Source of the DNA: Antedon mediterranea
Lineage: Eukaryota > Animalia > Echinodermata
Reading direction: 5' to 3'
Length of the DNA stretch: 64,000 nt
Assembly (NCBI RefSeq): GCF_964355755.1
Contig: NC_092678.1
Span: forward strand, 11,282,352-11,346,351
Both the position numbers and the translations under genes were made by a program. Within the stretch, counting starts at the first letter, position 1. Each line of letters starts with the position of its first letter. The notes beneath the pieces are model-generated. The model did no database searches and was not told where the DNA came from. It saw only the letters and a list, made by a program, of their open reading frames with translations. Below are positions 1 to 11,535 of this stretch, piece by piece.

Positions 1-80
1 AAAGTGCTATCGAATGGACACCTGATGTTGTTTGCTAAGCTTCAGTTGATGGAGATAAATCGTACGACACTCATCCAGTG
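1..80 (+). CDS. Partial internal exon of an uncharacterised, probably transposon-borne protein (KVLSNGHLMLFAKLQLMEINRTTLIQW)
   Basis: Open frame from base 1; perfect donor TG|GTGAGT at 81; phase 2 joins the acceptor TTTCAACAG at 169 to give a TGG (W) codon in frame with ORF 204..725. Confidence 0.65.
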
Positions 81-169
81 GTGAGTTTTTACTTGTTATT
101 GATTGTTATTTTACGCTACAGTAAATACATTAAAGTTTTTAAATACTGTGTTTGATTTATTTTCAACAG

Positions 170-725
170 GTACAACAGAACATCAAAGAAGCAAGAGCGG
201 CAAGTGTTGGAATCTGGCATCTCGGCAACAATACCCAAACTTGTCTCTGATAAAACCCTACTTGAAACTTTAACCAAGCCAGCGGTGCTAAACGTTCATA
301 CAAGCGCTCCATCTTTCACATTTGACCTACCAAAAAACACTTCCGGCCTAGCGACTCCAGGAAACGGACCGTCGATCCCAGTTCCAGGCGAGATAGCCAA
401 ACCACCACCGTCAGTCCCTGAGGCTAGCAGTACTCGTATTCCTAGAACTACCCTCTTGTACAGAAAACGAGTGGCTAAAGACATATCGGAAGGGAAACCG
501 ATCAAAATATACAAATCAAGAACGTCTGCGATTGTGTGCTCAAAGTGTAAGCAACCAAGATTAAATAAGAACCACACTCAGTGCTATGGAAATTGGTATT
601 GTGCTGCAACATCTGATGTGACTTTTAAAGAAATCGGCTATGGTTGCCATCCGTCGCCTTCGTCAAGAGAGGAAAAAAAAGCAGCAAAAAGAATGATTCC
701 AAATGATTGTTGTAGCCATGGATAG
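170..725 (+). CDS. Terminal exon of the same protein: Pro-rich linker, PRTT..YR motif and C-x2-C...H...C zinc-finger-like end; probable frameshift near 630
   Basis: WYNRTSKKQERQVLESG...IPRTTLLYRK...VCSKCKQPRLNKNHTQCYGNWYC. An alternative frame after 630 reads KSAMVAIRRLRQERKKKQQKE*, which looks like the natural basic C-terminus. Confidence 0.6.
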
Positions 726-1943
726 TTTTTATACTGTTTCGTATATCTTCAATTTTTATTTGTTCTGTGATTTTATATTCACTTTTTACAAAATATTTGT
801 ATTTTATGCAATTTGGCCATTGGGCCACCATATCTAATGGTATTCTGAATGTGCAGTAAAGTTAATAATAATAATAAAAAAAGTTTTTAATGCTGCCAAA
901 TCCAAAGAGCAATGATTAATGTTATAAATTATTTTGTAATTTTTATAAATTACATTCAGTTTTAATTATTACATTATAATTTACATTATATCATTCATTG
1001 CACTTTGTATTTGAAGGTCCCAAGCCCTTACAAAAAAAGCAGAGGGGAAACTTTTGCAGTTGAGTGTACATTAAATGGTGAATTCTATATTCTTGTCAAG
1101 ACTATTTCCTTAGTATTGTAAATTCTCAAATATTTTATATTTATTTCAAGAGCAATTCCACTACAATTCATTTTGATGTGAATCAAATAATTCATTCCAC
1201 CAATTCTAATAATATATTTTGATAATAACTCATACTATAGAGGTTATTATCCAGTAACCTTTAGTTACTCCTCTTACAGTTACACATACCCTATGATACC
1301 ATGTGGCCTAGAAAAAAAGCCCCAGACAAAGTTAACGGTAATTTTGTCTCAATTTTTTAAAAAGGCTAACTTATCAAACTACTTGGAATATGGTTGGCCA
1401 ATCAGAAGTCAGGGTGGGTTTTTTAAATAGTTACATAGTAACATATATATACAATTTTGATTGACAATTGTTCACACCCTAAAAACACAACAAAAAACGT
1501 CTCGTCATATTAAAAGAACTAACAATTAATACAACATACATATTGTAGTCGAATTTACCGTGTTTTAAAAAACAAAATTCATGTACTGTAGTACAAGGAT
1601 TTTTTTCGAAAATTGGATAAAAAAATGCCGACTTTCTCAACTTTTAACAAAAAATTTAAGTCTTATTATTCTATTATTTTTATTCATTTAATACATCGAT
1701 CATGTGATAAACCCCTAAAATTGACAGTTTTTAATATGCCGGTATTCAAAACAACCTCCTAGATTCTTGGGTCCCATTGGCCAATTGTCTAGTTTCCTCA
1801 TTATCTAATGACCCAGTCCAATTCAGTTTTAATGACCCCACATGGCTCTGTCCATTTCTTGTCCATTTCTTTTTGCGTTCTTTACCGTTCCGAGTGAGAA
1901 GATTGAGCTGTACCCTTTGCGCACGAGGTTGTTGAATGTTGAG

Positions 1944-2265
1944 CATAGTTGTTGCCATTTCTGGCATTATTATGCTTTTTGGCTTTATTTAGAGACTCAC
2001 TGCATCTGCCATAAGGCCGCGGCATTATTTATCCGTTTTTAGTATAATCTGGCATAATTTTGTGTTTTTTGAATAACTAAAAAAATAATATACCACAGAA
2101 CAAGAATAATATTTGTTTAATCTTGCAATTTCGTGTATATCACCTTACACAATATCATATCGTACAAAACAGCTAGTCTGTCAGGATTTGTTCGTACAAT
2201 AGTGCATCCATCCTTTTGTTTCGGACTCGATCGACTCATTGGATAGTAAGGCTGCTCACAAACTA
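1944..2265 (+). mobile_element. Truncated copy of the left end of the hAT-type MITE at 7066-8675
   Basis: About 320 bp highly similar to 7070-7400 (GTTGCCATTTCTGGCATTATTATGCTTTTTGGC...GGCTGCTC). Confidence 0.8.
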
Positions 2266-2974
2266 GGGTGCTATGAAAAGTGTTTTTAAAAGTCTTGTTT
2301 TTTTTTTATTATTTGTGTAAATTGTTCGTTTTTTTGCCGGCAACACATTTTTTGGAAAAATTTCCTAACGACCATTTGGGATTTACCTACAACACATTAA
2401 TTTTTTATTTTTTTGCCTAATAATTACTTTTATCTTGAAAAATAAGCATGAACGAGTATATTGGAATGCTCGGTGTCAATAAATGGACATTTTTAATGTT
2501 CTGAAACAAATAATTATGCGGTGTTTTTTTTTTATAATTTAAATAATTTTAAAAGCACTAGAAAAGTAAAATCTAACACTAACAGTTGACCTTAGGAATT
2601 CAATGGTTGTAAATACACCACCCCCCCCCCTCCCCCCCACCCACCCAATGCCTTGCCGCCCCCTTGCGTGACCCTCGCAATACGTTCCAATCTGCGAGAG
2701 GCAAACGAGAAAACAGAAGGGGTAGAATTTTAATTGTTTCATATTTTCACCATCTGTCGGGCAACTGTCAGAAGAATGAGAAACCGAGAACGAACCCGGA
2801 TTGATAGTGAATTCTAGAGTAGTCAGTGGCCTGACATCAATTATTTGTATAATTTGCACCCAAGGTTGAATAGCAAGAAATTTAGGTCCAGTTACATTTG
2901 TGTTCATTGGTCAATGGGAAATGAACAGCACACTTTTAGTTTTAGTTATTGAAATTGTCCTTGGACCGGAATTG

Positions 2975-3000
2975 GGCTGACCATGGGCTGACAGAGTTAA
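2975..3000. mobile_element. piggyBac-like right terminus with TTAA site
   Basis: ...TGGGCTGACAGAG|TTAA, i.e. TTAA-CTCTGTCAGCCC on the minus strand (pyrimidine-start terminus next to TTAA). The partner end is not in the window. Confidence 0.35.
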
Positions 3001-3670
3001 CGACTTCGTAACGCTATCCGGGGCGCGATTTTTTTTTTCGTACATAAGTTGGGGACCCCATCATGAAACGTCACAAAATAAACATGAATAATTCATCAGT
3101 TAAATGTTCTTGTTCCGTGTGCATCCAAGCGTATAGCAACAAGAAGTGATTACACAAGTGCGGTACGATTCTAGGCCTATCTCCGCTGTGGTTGCCGCGT
3201 GCGATTTCATAATAATAGCGGAGTTTTGTGGGGTGTGTAGAAAGCGACGACCTCGAATTGGACGACCCCAACGACCCGGGCGACCTCGAATTGAACGACC
3301 TCGAATTGAACGACCCATAACACGAAACCGACGACCCCTATCCTAGCCTAGCCTAGGCCTAAGTGTGGTATAACATCCCAAAGCCGAACATAGCCAAAGA
3401 TCTTTAAACTATACCTTATTATATAATACTCGCAAGCAAGCAATTGATTGAAAAAATACAGAAATATCGCCATTTGATACTGACACGAACAAACGAAAAG
3501 ATATGGAACGCCAAGAGTGCATCATTAAAACTGCATTCGACATATTAAAAATAAATTAAAAAGAAATAAATATTATACAATACATGGTTAAACCATGGAC
3601 GTATAATTACATCTCGTCTTCTTATAACGAACACTATAGGCCTACCAAGCAGCGTAACATGTGCATGGGG

Positions 3671-4467
3671 GGATATGACCGGTTGGGCCGCCGACAACAA
3701 GTTGAGCCGCCGGTAATTTCTATGAAACGGCCAGTGCGTCTTTTACGACATTTCGCGTAGTGATAGAGTGGTGTCCTAGAGGCCCTACATAAGTTCATGG
3801 TCTTTAGGTTTATTGTGTCATGAAAATAAATAATAATTACATACTACAATTTTGTTGGTTTGAAACAGCAAAGGAAAGTAGTCATATTTAATAATTTAAT
3901 TGTTTTTAATCTTTCAAGGTAAAAATGCAGTGCACTCCATAATATTTTTCTCGCGTGTATGCCTACCACGTAAAATCACGTTGTCTCTCAGGACTAATAG
4001 AGTATTGATATTCTTCGAATGAGGTTAAATAATTATTATTTTTTATTTACTATCTTTTAATATCATATTTTATTGAATTTTACAATGTTAATACACAAAA
4101 TATTTTTCTAAAAAACGGTGATTTTATGCAAATATTTTACTTCAACTGCCGCCTGAGAGGGCAACATGTTTACGTCATTTTTGGCTAAAAACGATCATTT
4201 TCATTCATGTTTTAGGCCTTATATTTTGGAATCTACAAGTCAGATATTCATAATTATTTCTCTTTAATTATAATATTTAATAATATATACTAAAAACCGT
4301 GATATATAAACTTTGGAATATACATCGTTATATCTAATAATTAATATAAATAGAACTTCTATTAAATAGAAACGAGCACCGGCGAAAGTAAGCATTTGGC
4401 GTTTCATAGAAAATAACGTTTTTCTGGCGGCGCCTCAACTTGTCGGCGGCTCAACTTGGCCTAATCC
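3671..4467. mobile_element. Mutator-like MITE with 9-bp TSD
   Basis: Imperfect TIRs GGATATGACCGGTTGGGCCGCCGACA / TGTCGGCGGCTCAACTTGGCCTAATCC; TSD TGCATGGGG at 3662-3670 and 4468-4476. Confidence 0.8.
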
Positions 4468-4531
4468 TGCATGGGGAGGGCCATAAGCGGGGCCATAAGA
4501 AAGCTTTACATTTCACACATGCATTGTATAC

Positions 4532-4628
4532 GGTCAAACCATGGAGGTATAAAAATATTTTTATACCTCCATGGTCAAACCATGATGGAGCTGGTCAAAC
4601 CATGGAGTACTACCTCCATGGTCAAACC
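4532..4628. repeat. Array of tiny hairpin insertions separated by four copies of GG-TCAAA-CC
   Basis: Units 4539-4574 (CCATGGAGGTATAAAAATATTTTTATACCTCCATGG, perfect palindrome), 4580-4594 and 4600-4621 (CCATGGAGTACTACCTCCATGG), each flanked by TCAAA. Confidence 0.8.
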
Positions 4629-5575
4629 TTACCTGCCGCTGAAAAAGGGGCCTGGTTTGCCATGTTTATGATATTTCGTGTGCTAATCGAGTCGAATGCA
4701 GTTTTAATGATGCACTCTTGGCGTTCCATATCTGTTCGTTTGTTCGTGTCGACACATTCAGTATCAAATGGCGATATTTCTGTATTTTTCCAATCAATTG
4801 CTTGCTTGCGAGTATTATAAGGTATGGTTTAAAGATCTTTGGTTATGTTCGGCTTCGGGATGTTATACCATACTTAGGCCTAGGCTAGGCTAGGCTATTA
4901 TAGGGGTCGTCGGTTTCGTGTTATGGGTCGTCCAATTCTAGGTCGTCCAATTCGAGGTCGCCCGGGTCGTTGGGGTCGTCCAATTCGAGGTCGTCGCTTT
5001 CTACACACCCGAGTTTTGTGTGGATTGTCGAAATAATCAGCCTTTAGTTTATTACTAAAGAATTACGTGTTAAAATTATAGTTTCTATTGATACTATTAG
5101 GCCTAATTACTACTAGTAGTCTCTAAACCCCTGTATATTCTAGTAGTAGCTGTGTGGGTGTGTGTGACTTGTGTGTTAGGTATGACACAGTCCGAGTAAT
5201 AAGTCAGTTAAACAATAAACATTACACAAAAATACATTTTTTTATTTTGCCTTCGCGCACTCTTCTTCACACAAAATGTGTCGAGTCGAGGCTAATCGAC
5301 AGCTAGGCAAGACATTAAACTAAGTAGTAATTCATTGGACATAGGCCAAAGAAAGCTTAGACCCACAGGAATAAAGAATGTGTATAATTTGTGTACTGTA
5401 TTTTTTAAATTCTGCTATTTTATTATCAAACATATGCATGTACTCAGAGGAACTTTAAAAATGCGCGTATATGAACACATGAGATGGGAAGATTTGACCC
5501 ACGAGAATAAAAAATGTATTTTTGTGTATTATAATGGTTATTGTTTAATTTTGATGAATTATTACTCGGATTGTG

Positions 5576-5649
5576 TCATACCATGGAGAAATATAATAAT
5601 AATAATAACTTATTTCTCCATGGTCATAGTTACACTATCTTTGGTCATA
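5576..5649. mobile_element. Tiny hairpin element(s) with 5-bp TCATA duplications
   Basis: TCATA-CCATGGAGAAATA...TATTTCTCCATGG-TCATA-...ATCTTTGG-TCATA-CC; absent from the opposite arm of the foldback (~5175-5195). Confidence 0.75.
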
Positions 5650-7065
5650 CCAACACACACACGTCACACACACCCACACAGCTACTACTAGAATAGACAT
5701 GGGTTTAGAGACTAATGATTAGGCCTAATAGTATTAATAGAAACTATAATTTTAACACGTAATCCTTTAGTAATAAATTATATTAAAAACACCATAAACT
5801 AAAGGCTGATTATTTCGACAATCCACACAAAACGCCGCTATTCTTCTATGAAATCGCACGCCGCAACAACAGCGGAGATAGGCCTAGAATCGTACCGCAC
5901 TAATTGTGTAATCACTTCTTGTTGCTATACGCTTGGGTGCACACGGAACAAGAAAATTTAACTGATGAATTATTCATGTCTATTTTGTGACGTTTCATGA
6001 GGGGGTCCCCAACTTATGTACGAAAAAAAAAATCGCATCCGGGGCTCCTGCGCCTAATGAAATTGGCCATTGTTGGTTATAAAAGGAGACGCAAAGAAAA
6101 GGGGTGACATACGTGCCTACGAAAATATATATATATTGATTAAAATTAATTATAATATTACAGTATTGTTAAATATTTATTTTTTTTAGACCTCGATCAA
6201 GAATGGCCGCCCATAATATTATAACATGTATTATTGTTTTAACGGCATTTGACCGTTTCGGCCACATTTCTATGGCGCGCCATTCACGCATATATTATAG
6301 TATTTTTTATTTTATTTTTTTATCATTCTTAACGTTATTCCACTACAATTTGCATTTATTAGATTTGTTGTTTTCATTCCAGTTTAGTTGTATCATGGAG
6401 TCTTGGCGAAAAACAAATTCAACTGTCAGTGATACTCTCTTAGTAGGCCTACAGATGGCGTATTAATAGTTTGGCTATGAAAAAAGAAATGCTAAGAAAA
6501 AAAAAAGAAATTTAATTAAAACGTTTTTCCTTCCATTGCTTAGGTTACCTAAGGAACAAAGAGGATTATCAGGAACCCACACATCAATACAAGCAGAATC
6601 AACAAGAAAATTAGTGATAAAAAAAATAAATTTAATAAAACTTTGTCGTCTTCATTTGATTGGTTTTTAATACAATACAGGAGTAATTCAATGTTTATCA
6701 TGGAGCTTTGGTCTTAAGAACACATGTGCATAAATAAAACGAACATATCAGACCCAACACAAAAATAATAATTGAGTAATTTGCGGCGATATGCATTTAA
6801 CATATTTTAACATGCACAGAATAAATGAACATATATCATGTCAATATACAAACAAAATGAGTAATAATTCGGATAAAAATGCGACTAAAAATAACATTTG
6901 TTGCGAATGCGAACGTCAGAGGAAGTCCCCAAACTAATTACTAGGCCTATTATCAATTAATAATTGCTGCTATAAATATATTGAGCAAAACGTTTTAACC
7001 ATAATCTGACTGCGCCCTCTATACAAAAGGTTTACTTGTACCAAAGATCTTATAATTATACTATA

Positions 7066-8675
7066 CATACATAGTTGCCATTTCTGGCATTATTATGCTT
7101 TTTGGCATTATTTGGAGGCCCACGGCATCTGCCATAAGGCCGCGGCATTATTTAGCCGTTTTTAGTATAATCTGGCATAATTTTGTGTTTTTTGAACAAC
7201 CAAAAAAATAATATACCACAAAACAAAATTAAAATATTTTGTTTATAAATCTTGCAATTTAATACATTATTATCACCTTATACAATATCATATCGTACAA
7301 AACAGATCTGTTCGGGTTTTCCGTACAATACAGTAGTTCTTCCATCCTTTCGTTTCGGACTTAATCGACTCTTCGGATAGGAAGGCTGCTCGAAAACTAC
7401 CGTGTGTGCGATATTATAGGCAGTACAACAAATCCGAAGAGGCTAGCTATTGGCCAATTATGTTGTATTTCAGAGTTCATGCAGGTTATTGGATCCCCAC
7501 GGGTGTAGAGACAATTGAACGAAAACATTATGAAAGGGGTTTTGTTTTTTCAGTTCATAATTATAAAGCGGCCACACCCCTACCCCAGCCCTTAAAATGT
7601 CAATTTCTGGTAACTTACAAGCTCTAATTTTAAAAAGAATTTCTTCTAGAGAATTTGTTTTCCATATTTCAAATTATGTTCCATTTGCATCGTCGTAGCA
7701 ACCCTATTTTTCCAAATGTTCTTCACCTCTCAGCCCCAGTAGTGGGCGAGGTAATTTTTATTTCAAATTAAGTGCCATTTCCGCCCATCGAGCAGCTCTA
7801 TTTTTCCCATTTTTTTTACCTCAGCCCCAACCATGGTGGGGCTGAGGTCCTAAAGACACTTATATATTTTTATTTCCTATTTTAAATTATAATTGCCATT
7901 TTCGAACTATGGTGGGCTAAGATCCTGGAGGTACTAATAAATATATTTTTATTTCATATTTGAAATTAAGTGCCATTTCCGGTCATCGAGCAGCTCTATT
8001 TTTCCAAATTTTCGGACCTCAGCCCCAACCATGGTGGCACTTAATATATATTTTTATTTCCTATTTTTCATTATAATTGCCATTTTAGAACTATGGTGCC
8101 ATAAGTTTCTGGAGACACTAATAAATATATTTTTATTTCATATTTTAAATTAAGTAGCATTTCCGGCCATCAGCATTTTTCCAAATTTTCTTATCAACCA
8201 TGGTGTGGGGCTGAGGTCCGGGAGACACTTACTTATATATAATTGCCATTTTCTAATTATGGTGGGCTAAGATCCTTTCATATTTTAAATTAAGTGCCAA
8301 GATCGAGCAGCTCTCATATCTCAGCTCAAAAATTCTAAATTTCCATGTGTAACAGGTTTTTTTTTTTTGTGGTGGGGGGGGGGGGGGCCTGGGTTCGTGT
8401 TGGTGTCATTTGCAATTACCATTTTTGCACCCCAGATATTTTTAGAATTATTAGTTATTTCTCACAAAACTAAAAATATAAATTTTGAACGACATAGGGA
8501 TACAATTTTAGGCCCTATTTTGTGTCAGTTGGGGTTTTACAAACGTTTATTAGACATACAACCGTTGGTGGCGCTGTTTAGGGCCACATTTTGGGGATCT
8601 TGTATTATTTTTCCCAATCTGGCATTATTTGAGACAGGATACGGCATAATTTAAATTTTATTGCTGGCAACGCTG
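7066..8675. mobile_element. Non-autonomous hAT element with 8-bp TSD and internal degenerate tandem repeats
   Basis: TIRs CATAGTTGCCA / TGGCAACGCTG; TSD ATACTATA at 7058-7065 and 8676-8683; internal CTCAGCCCCAACCATGGTGG-containing repeats at 7640-8320. Confidence 0.8.
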
Positions 8676-8683
8676 ATACTATA

Positions 8684-9135
8684 GGCCTAGTAGTAGTAGG
8701 CCTAGTATATAAGATCTTTGCTTGTACTGGGCGTTTGACGATCGATTTTGACAGAAAAATCACATTTTTGTTAACTAGGCCTAGGCCTATCTGTTGTTTT
8801 TTCCGGTAAATAGTCATTTTTTTTGTGGTAATTTCAGGTTTCTTTTGGTTTTTTTGTTTTTTTTTCCGATATTTTTGGGTATTTTCCGGTGTTTTTTGTT
8901 TTTTCCTGTTTTTAGGCGGACCGTATCCTACTTTATTAGAGGCTAGGCCTAGGCTAGGCCTACGCCTACTAGGCCTATGCCTACCTATTAGCCTAGGCCC
9001 GGATAACCCCTAGGCCCAGGCTATAGTATAGCCTAGCCTAGTATAGGCCTAGCTAGAGGCCTTAGATAGGTTGGCTGGCCTCACTACTACTATTAATAAT
9101 AGGGATTGCCTAATTATTAGGTAGGCCTGGGCCTG
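8684..9135. repeat. Low-complexity TAGGCC/GGCCTA cluster with T-rich tract
   Basis: Many overlapping AGGCCT/TAGGC motifs. Confidence 0.7.
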
Positions 9136-9655
9136 GATGTCCCTCATAAATATAAACTCGCCCCATCGCAAAGTCGCCCCAAACACAAAATAAACATGGA
9201 TGGAACGTATTGTACTTACTTGTTGTAGGCGTAATAGGGGCCTAACCAAAACTTTAAAAGGCGGGTGACAGATGAAATCAGTTGCGCTTGAAATCGGATG
9301 CATCTAATTTTGGTTGCGATAAAATCAACATCTGGTATTTTGGGTGCTACTGCAGTTTCACACCACACAATTTTGGGCCATTATGTAGGGTAACTGTCAC
9401 GCTAAGACCCAAGACCTAATGCACTTGTCAATTGTATGACCCACTATACGACCCCCGGGAGAGGTGCGTCATGGGTGCGTCATTTACAAATAATTACTGT
9501 CGCAGGGGTGCGTCAAAAAACCTAGATGGTACGTCACATCAATGAACAAGGTGTGTAAATGTCCGTCACTTTACCACCCATCATATCATAAACAACATGG
9601 TCACAGTGCGTCAAAATGGGTGCGTCATGGTCACCTAAAGGTAAGTCACATTTTT

Positions 9656-9892
9656 CACTGTGCTCTCCTGGCTCCAAATTGGGTCCACTTGAGCACAGTG
9701 TATTAACATACGAAAAGATATTAAAATTCAGTGATTTATTTCTATTTTATATTATTGTGCTCCTCACTGGCGCCAAATTGTGTCCACTTGAGCACAGTGT
9801 ATTAACATACGAAAAGAATATTAAAATTAGTGACTTATTTCTATTTTATATCACTGCGCTCCACTAGTGCTAAATTTGGTCCAGTGGAGCAG
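9656..9892. repeat. ~98-bp tandem repeat, about 2.4 units, each starting with a short hairpin
   Basis: Units start at ~9656, ~9755 and ~9852; TGCTCCACT...AGTGGAGCA stem; shared GTCCACTTGAGCACAGTGTATTAACATACGAAAAGA. Confidence 0.85.
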
Positions 9893-10981
9893 CTACCGTA
9901 GTACTATTTCTATTTCGTAAGTAAATAAAGGCATAAATGGCGCTCCGTAGAAGTAGAGAATGCTCGATCGTCGAAATGACGCTCTGAATATACCTCTGTG
10001 TTTACAACGAGTTCAGTATCGTTTAAAATGTTTTGAAAACTATTGTTATTTAACAAAAATTACTTTGTAAGTGGTCGCATCGTATAAACATGTTACATAA
10101 TATTATGTTGTGAGTGTGAAAAAGTCAAGTTTAGGTGAGAAATCGAAGATATAACGATGTGGTGCGAAATTGCAGAGCTCCGTATTTTCTATGGAGAGCC
10201 AATAATAGGCTAGGCCAAGATACGCTGTTATTGTATCAGTTACTTTTGATATCGGTTGCATTTTATTTTGTATTGGGCACTGTAACGGTAGTCGTGTCGA
10301 GGGCCAAGGCAATAACGATGGCACACAATTATTCAATGTACAAAATATAATATTTATTCAATCAAAAAGTAATATTATAAAACAATGTGAAACGTAGTGA
10401 TTCTGACTGATGTTATAGTCTCAAGAATCAATACCCGAACTAACTAACTTAACTACAAAACATATATTTATATTAAGGGGACAGGAAGGATGACTAATTA
10501 AATGGTACCACATCCTGATTGACTTTCCTTGGAAGACCCACCTCAGGAATGTAGTGTTCCAAGTTAAGTAGACATCGGGGAGAGTAAGGGGTGAATAGCC
10601 TGTGTGACTAATAGGGTTTGGTCCCACCATGTTACAGGCACACTAGATAGATTACAAGCCAGGGGGGTTCGTAGGGTTCGAAACCCCCTTTTTCGAAAGT
10701 GCCCTTTTTTTAAAACTAGGCCTAGCCTACAGTAGGCCTAGAGTTCATAATCTTAGGCTGGGCCTGAGTCAAAGCTCAAGCCTATTTTTCACCGATACTA
10801 TTATCTGAAGACAAATGCAAACAATCATTCTCAGTCTGATGATAAAAATTAATCAAACTTTTTTGGATCCTACTTCATTTTATGGTGTGCGCCGAGCCAC
10901 CACCCGCCGGCGGAGCAACTTGGCGAGTACAGAAAAAGTACAGTACTGCTCACAATCCACATTTCACAACCACAGTACACA

Positions 10982-11400
10982 ACCAATCGGTAAATTCACT
11001 CTGCGCATGCGTCAGATTAACCGCACAGAGCTGAGCAGGGACGAGATTAGTACTTAATATAGAGAGTTCACAGAAGTTGAAATTTTACCCAGTTTTCTTC
11101 TGCGGTACCGCAACATGTGTGTTGTAGTTTGTACACGGCCAGGCGCCACCATCTTCTCTTCGTCATATCGCCGTGTTGTCATTAATATTAATAATTATTG
11201 TAAAAATACAAATCAAGTGTATTTATTATTAATATTTTAAATTGTTTTTAGTCTTTTACACGGACAGTCACAAAAAAGTATAGGACTAATCTGTTTCCAA
11301 TCAGTTACACTGCGCATGTGTCTCTCTCTAAATAGCTTCACCTTTTACCCAGTTTTTCCCAACACTGGCTACTATCGGGTAGCGCACAAGTGTGTTATAT
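10982..11400 (+). promoter_or_regulatory. Putative duplicated promoter module of the hAT transposase
   Basis: Two copies (~10982-11130 and ~11297-11400) of CCAATC...CTGCGCATG(C/T)GTC...TTTTACCCAGTTTT, i.e. a CCAAT box plus NRF1-like motif, directly upstream of ATG 11440. Confidence 0.4.
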
Positions 11401-11439
11401 TTATCGTCCACATTATTATCCGATCACATTCGTAAAAAC

Positions 11440-11535
11440 ATGCCGTCGACAAAAAGAAAAAAAAAGAGAAGAGCAGCAACATTTAAAAAATAGCGCAAAG
11501 CAATGTAAGAAGCTTACAGATTTTTTCAACAAAAG
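11440..11535 (+). pseudogene. Putative exon 1 of hAT transposase (frameshifted)
   Basis: MPSTKRKKKR / EEQQHLKNSAKQCKKLTDFFNK, a basic N-terminus with LTDFF as seen in ZMYM1-like transposases; donor AG|GTATAG at 11536. Confidence 0.5.

Larger units (their letters stand above)
3231..5010. mobile_element. Mutator-like foldback element with ~300-bp TIRs and 10-bp TSD
   Basis: Termini GGGTGTGTAGAAAGCGACGACC / GGTCGTCGCTTTCTACACACCC; TSD GAGTTTTGTG at 3221-3230 and 5011-5020; the intact opposite arm of the host shows the empty site. Confidence 0.9.
3018..6043. mobile_element. Foldback (long inverted-repeat) non-autonomous element
   Basis: Left arm 3018-3230 plus 5021-~5250 is the reverse complement of ~5500-6043, with a short spacer; no clear TSD. 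Confidence 0.85.

Noticed and set aside
4532-4628. Repeat-spacer array read as CRISPR
   Set aside because: The repeats are only 9 bp and the spacers are related hairpins; better explained as stacked insertions with TSDs
6190-6620. Several AG-preceded short open segments resembling small exons
   Set aside because: No consistent donors or phase, and no recognisable protein similarity
10411-10636. Possible solo LTR (TGTTA...TTACA)
   Set aside because: Flanks ACTGA and GGCAC give no TSD, and there is no second copy or PBS/PPT
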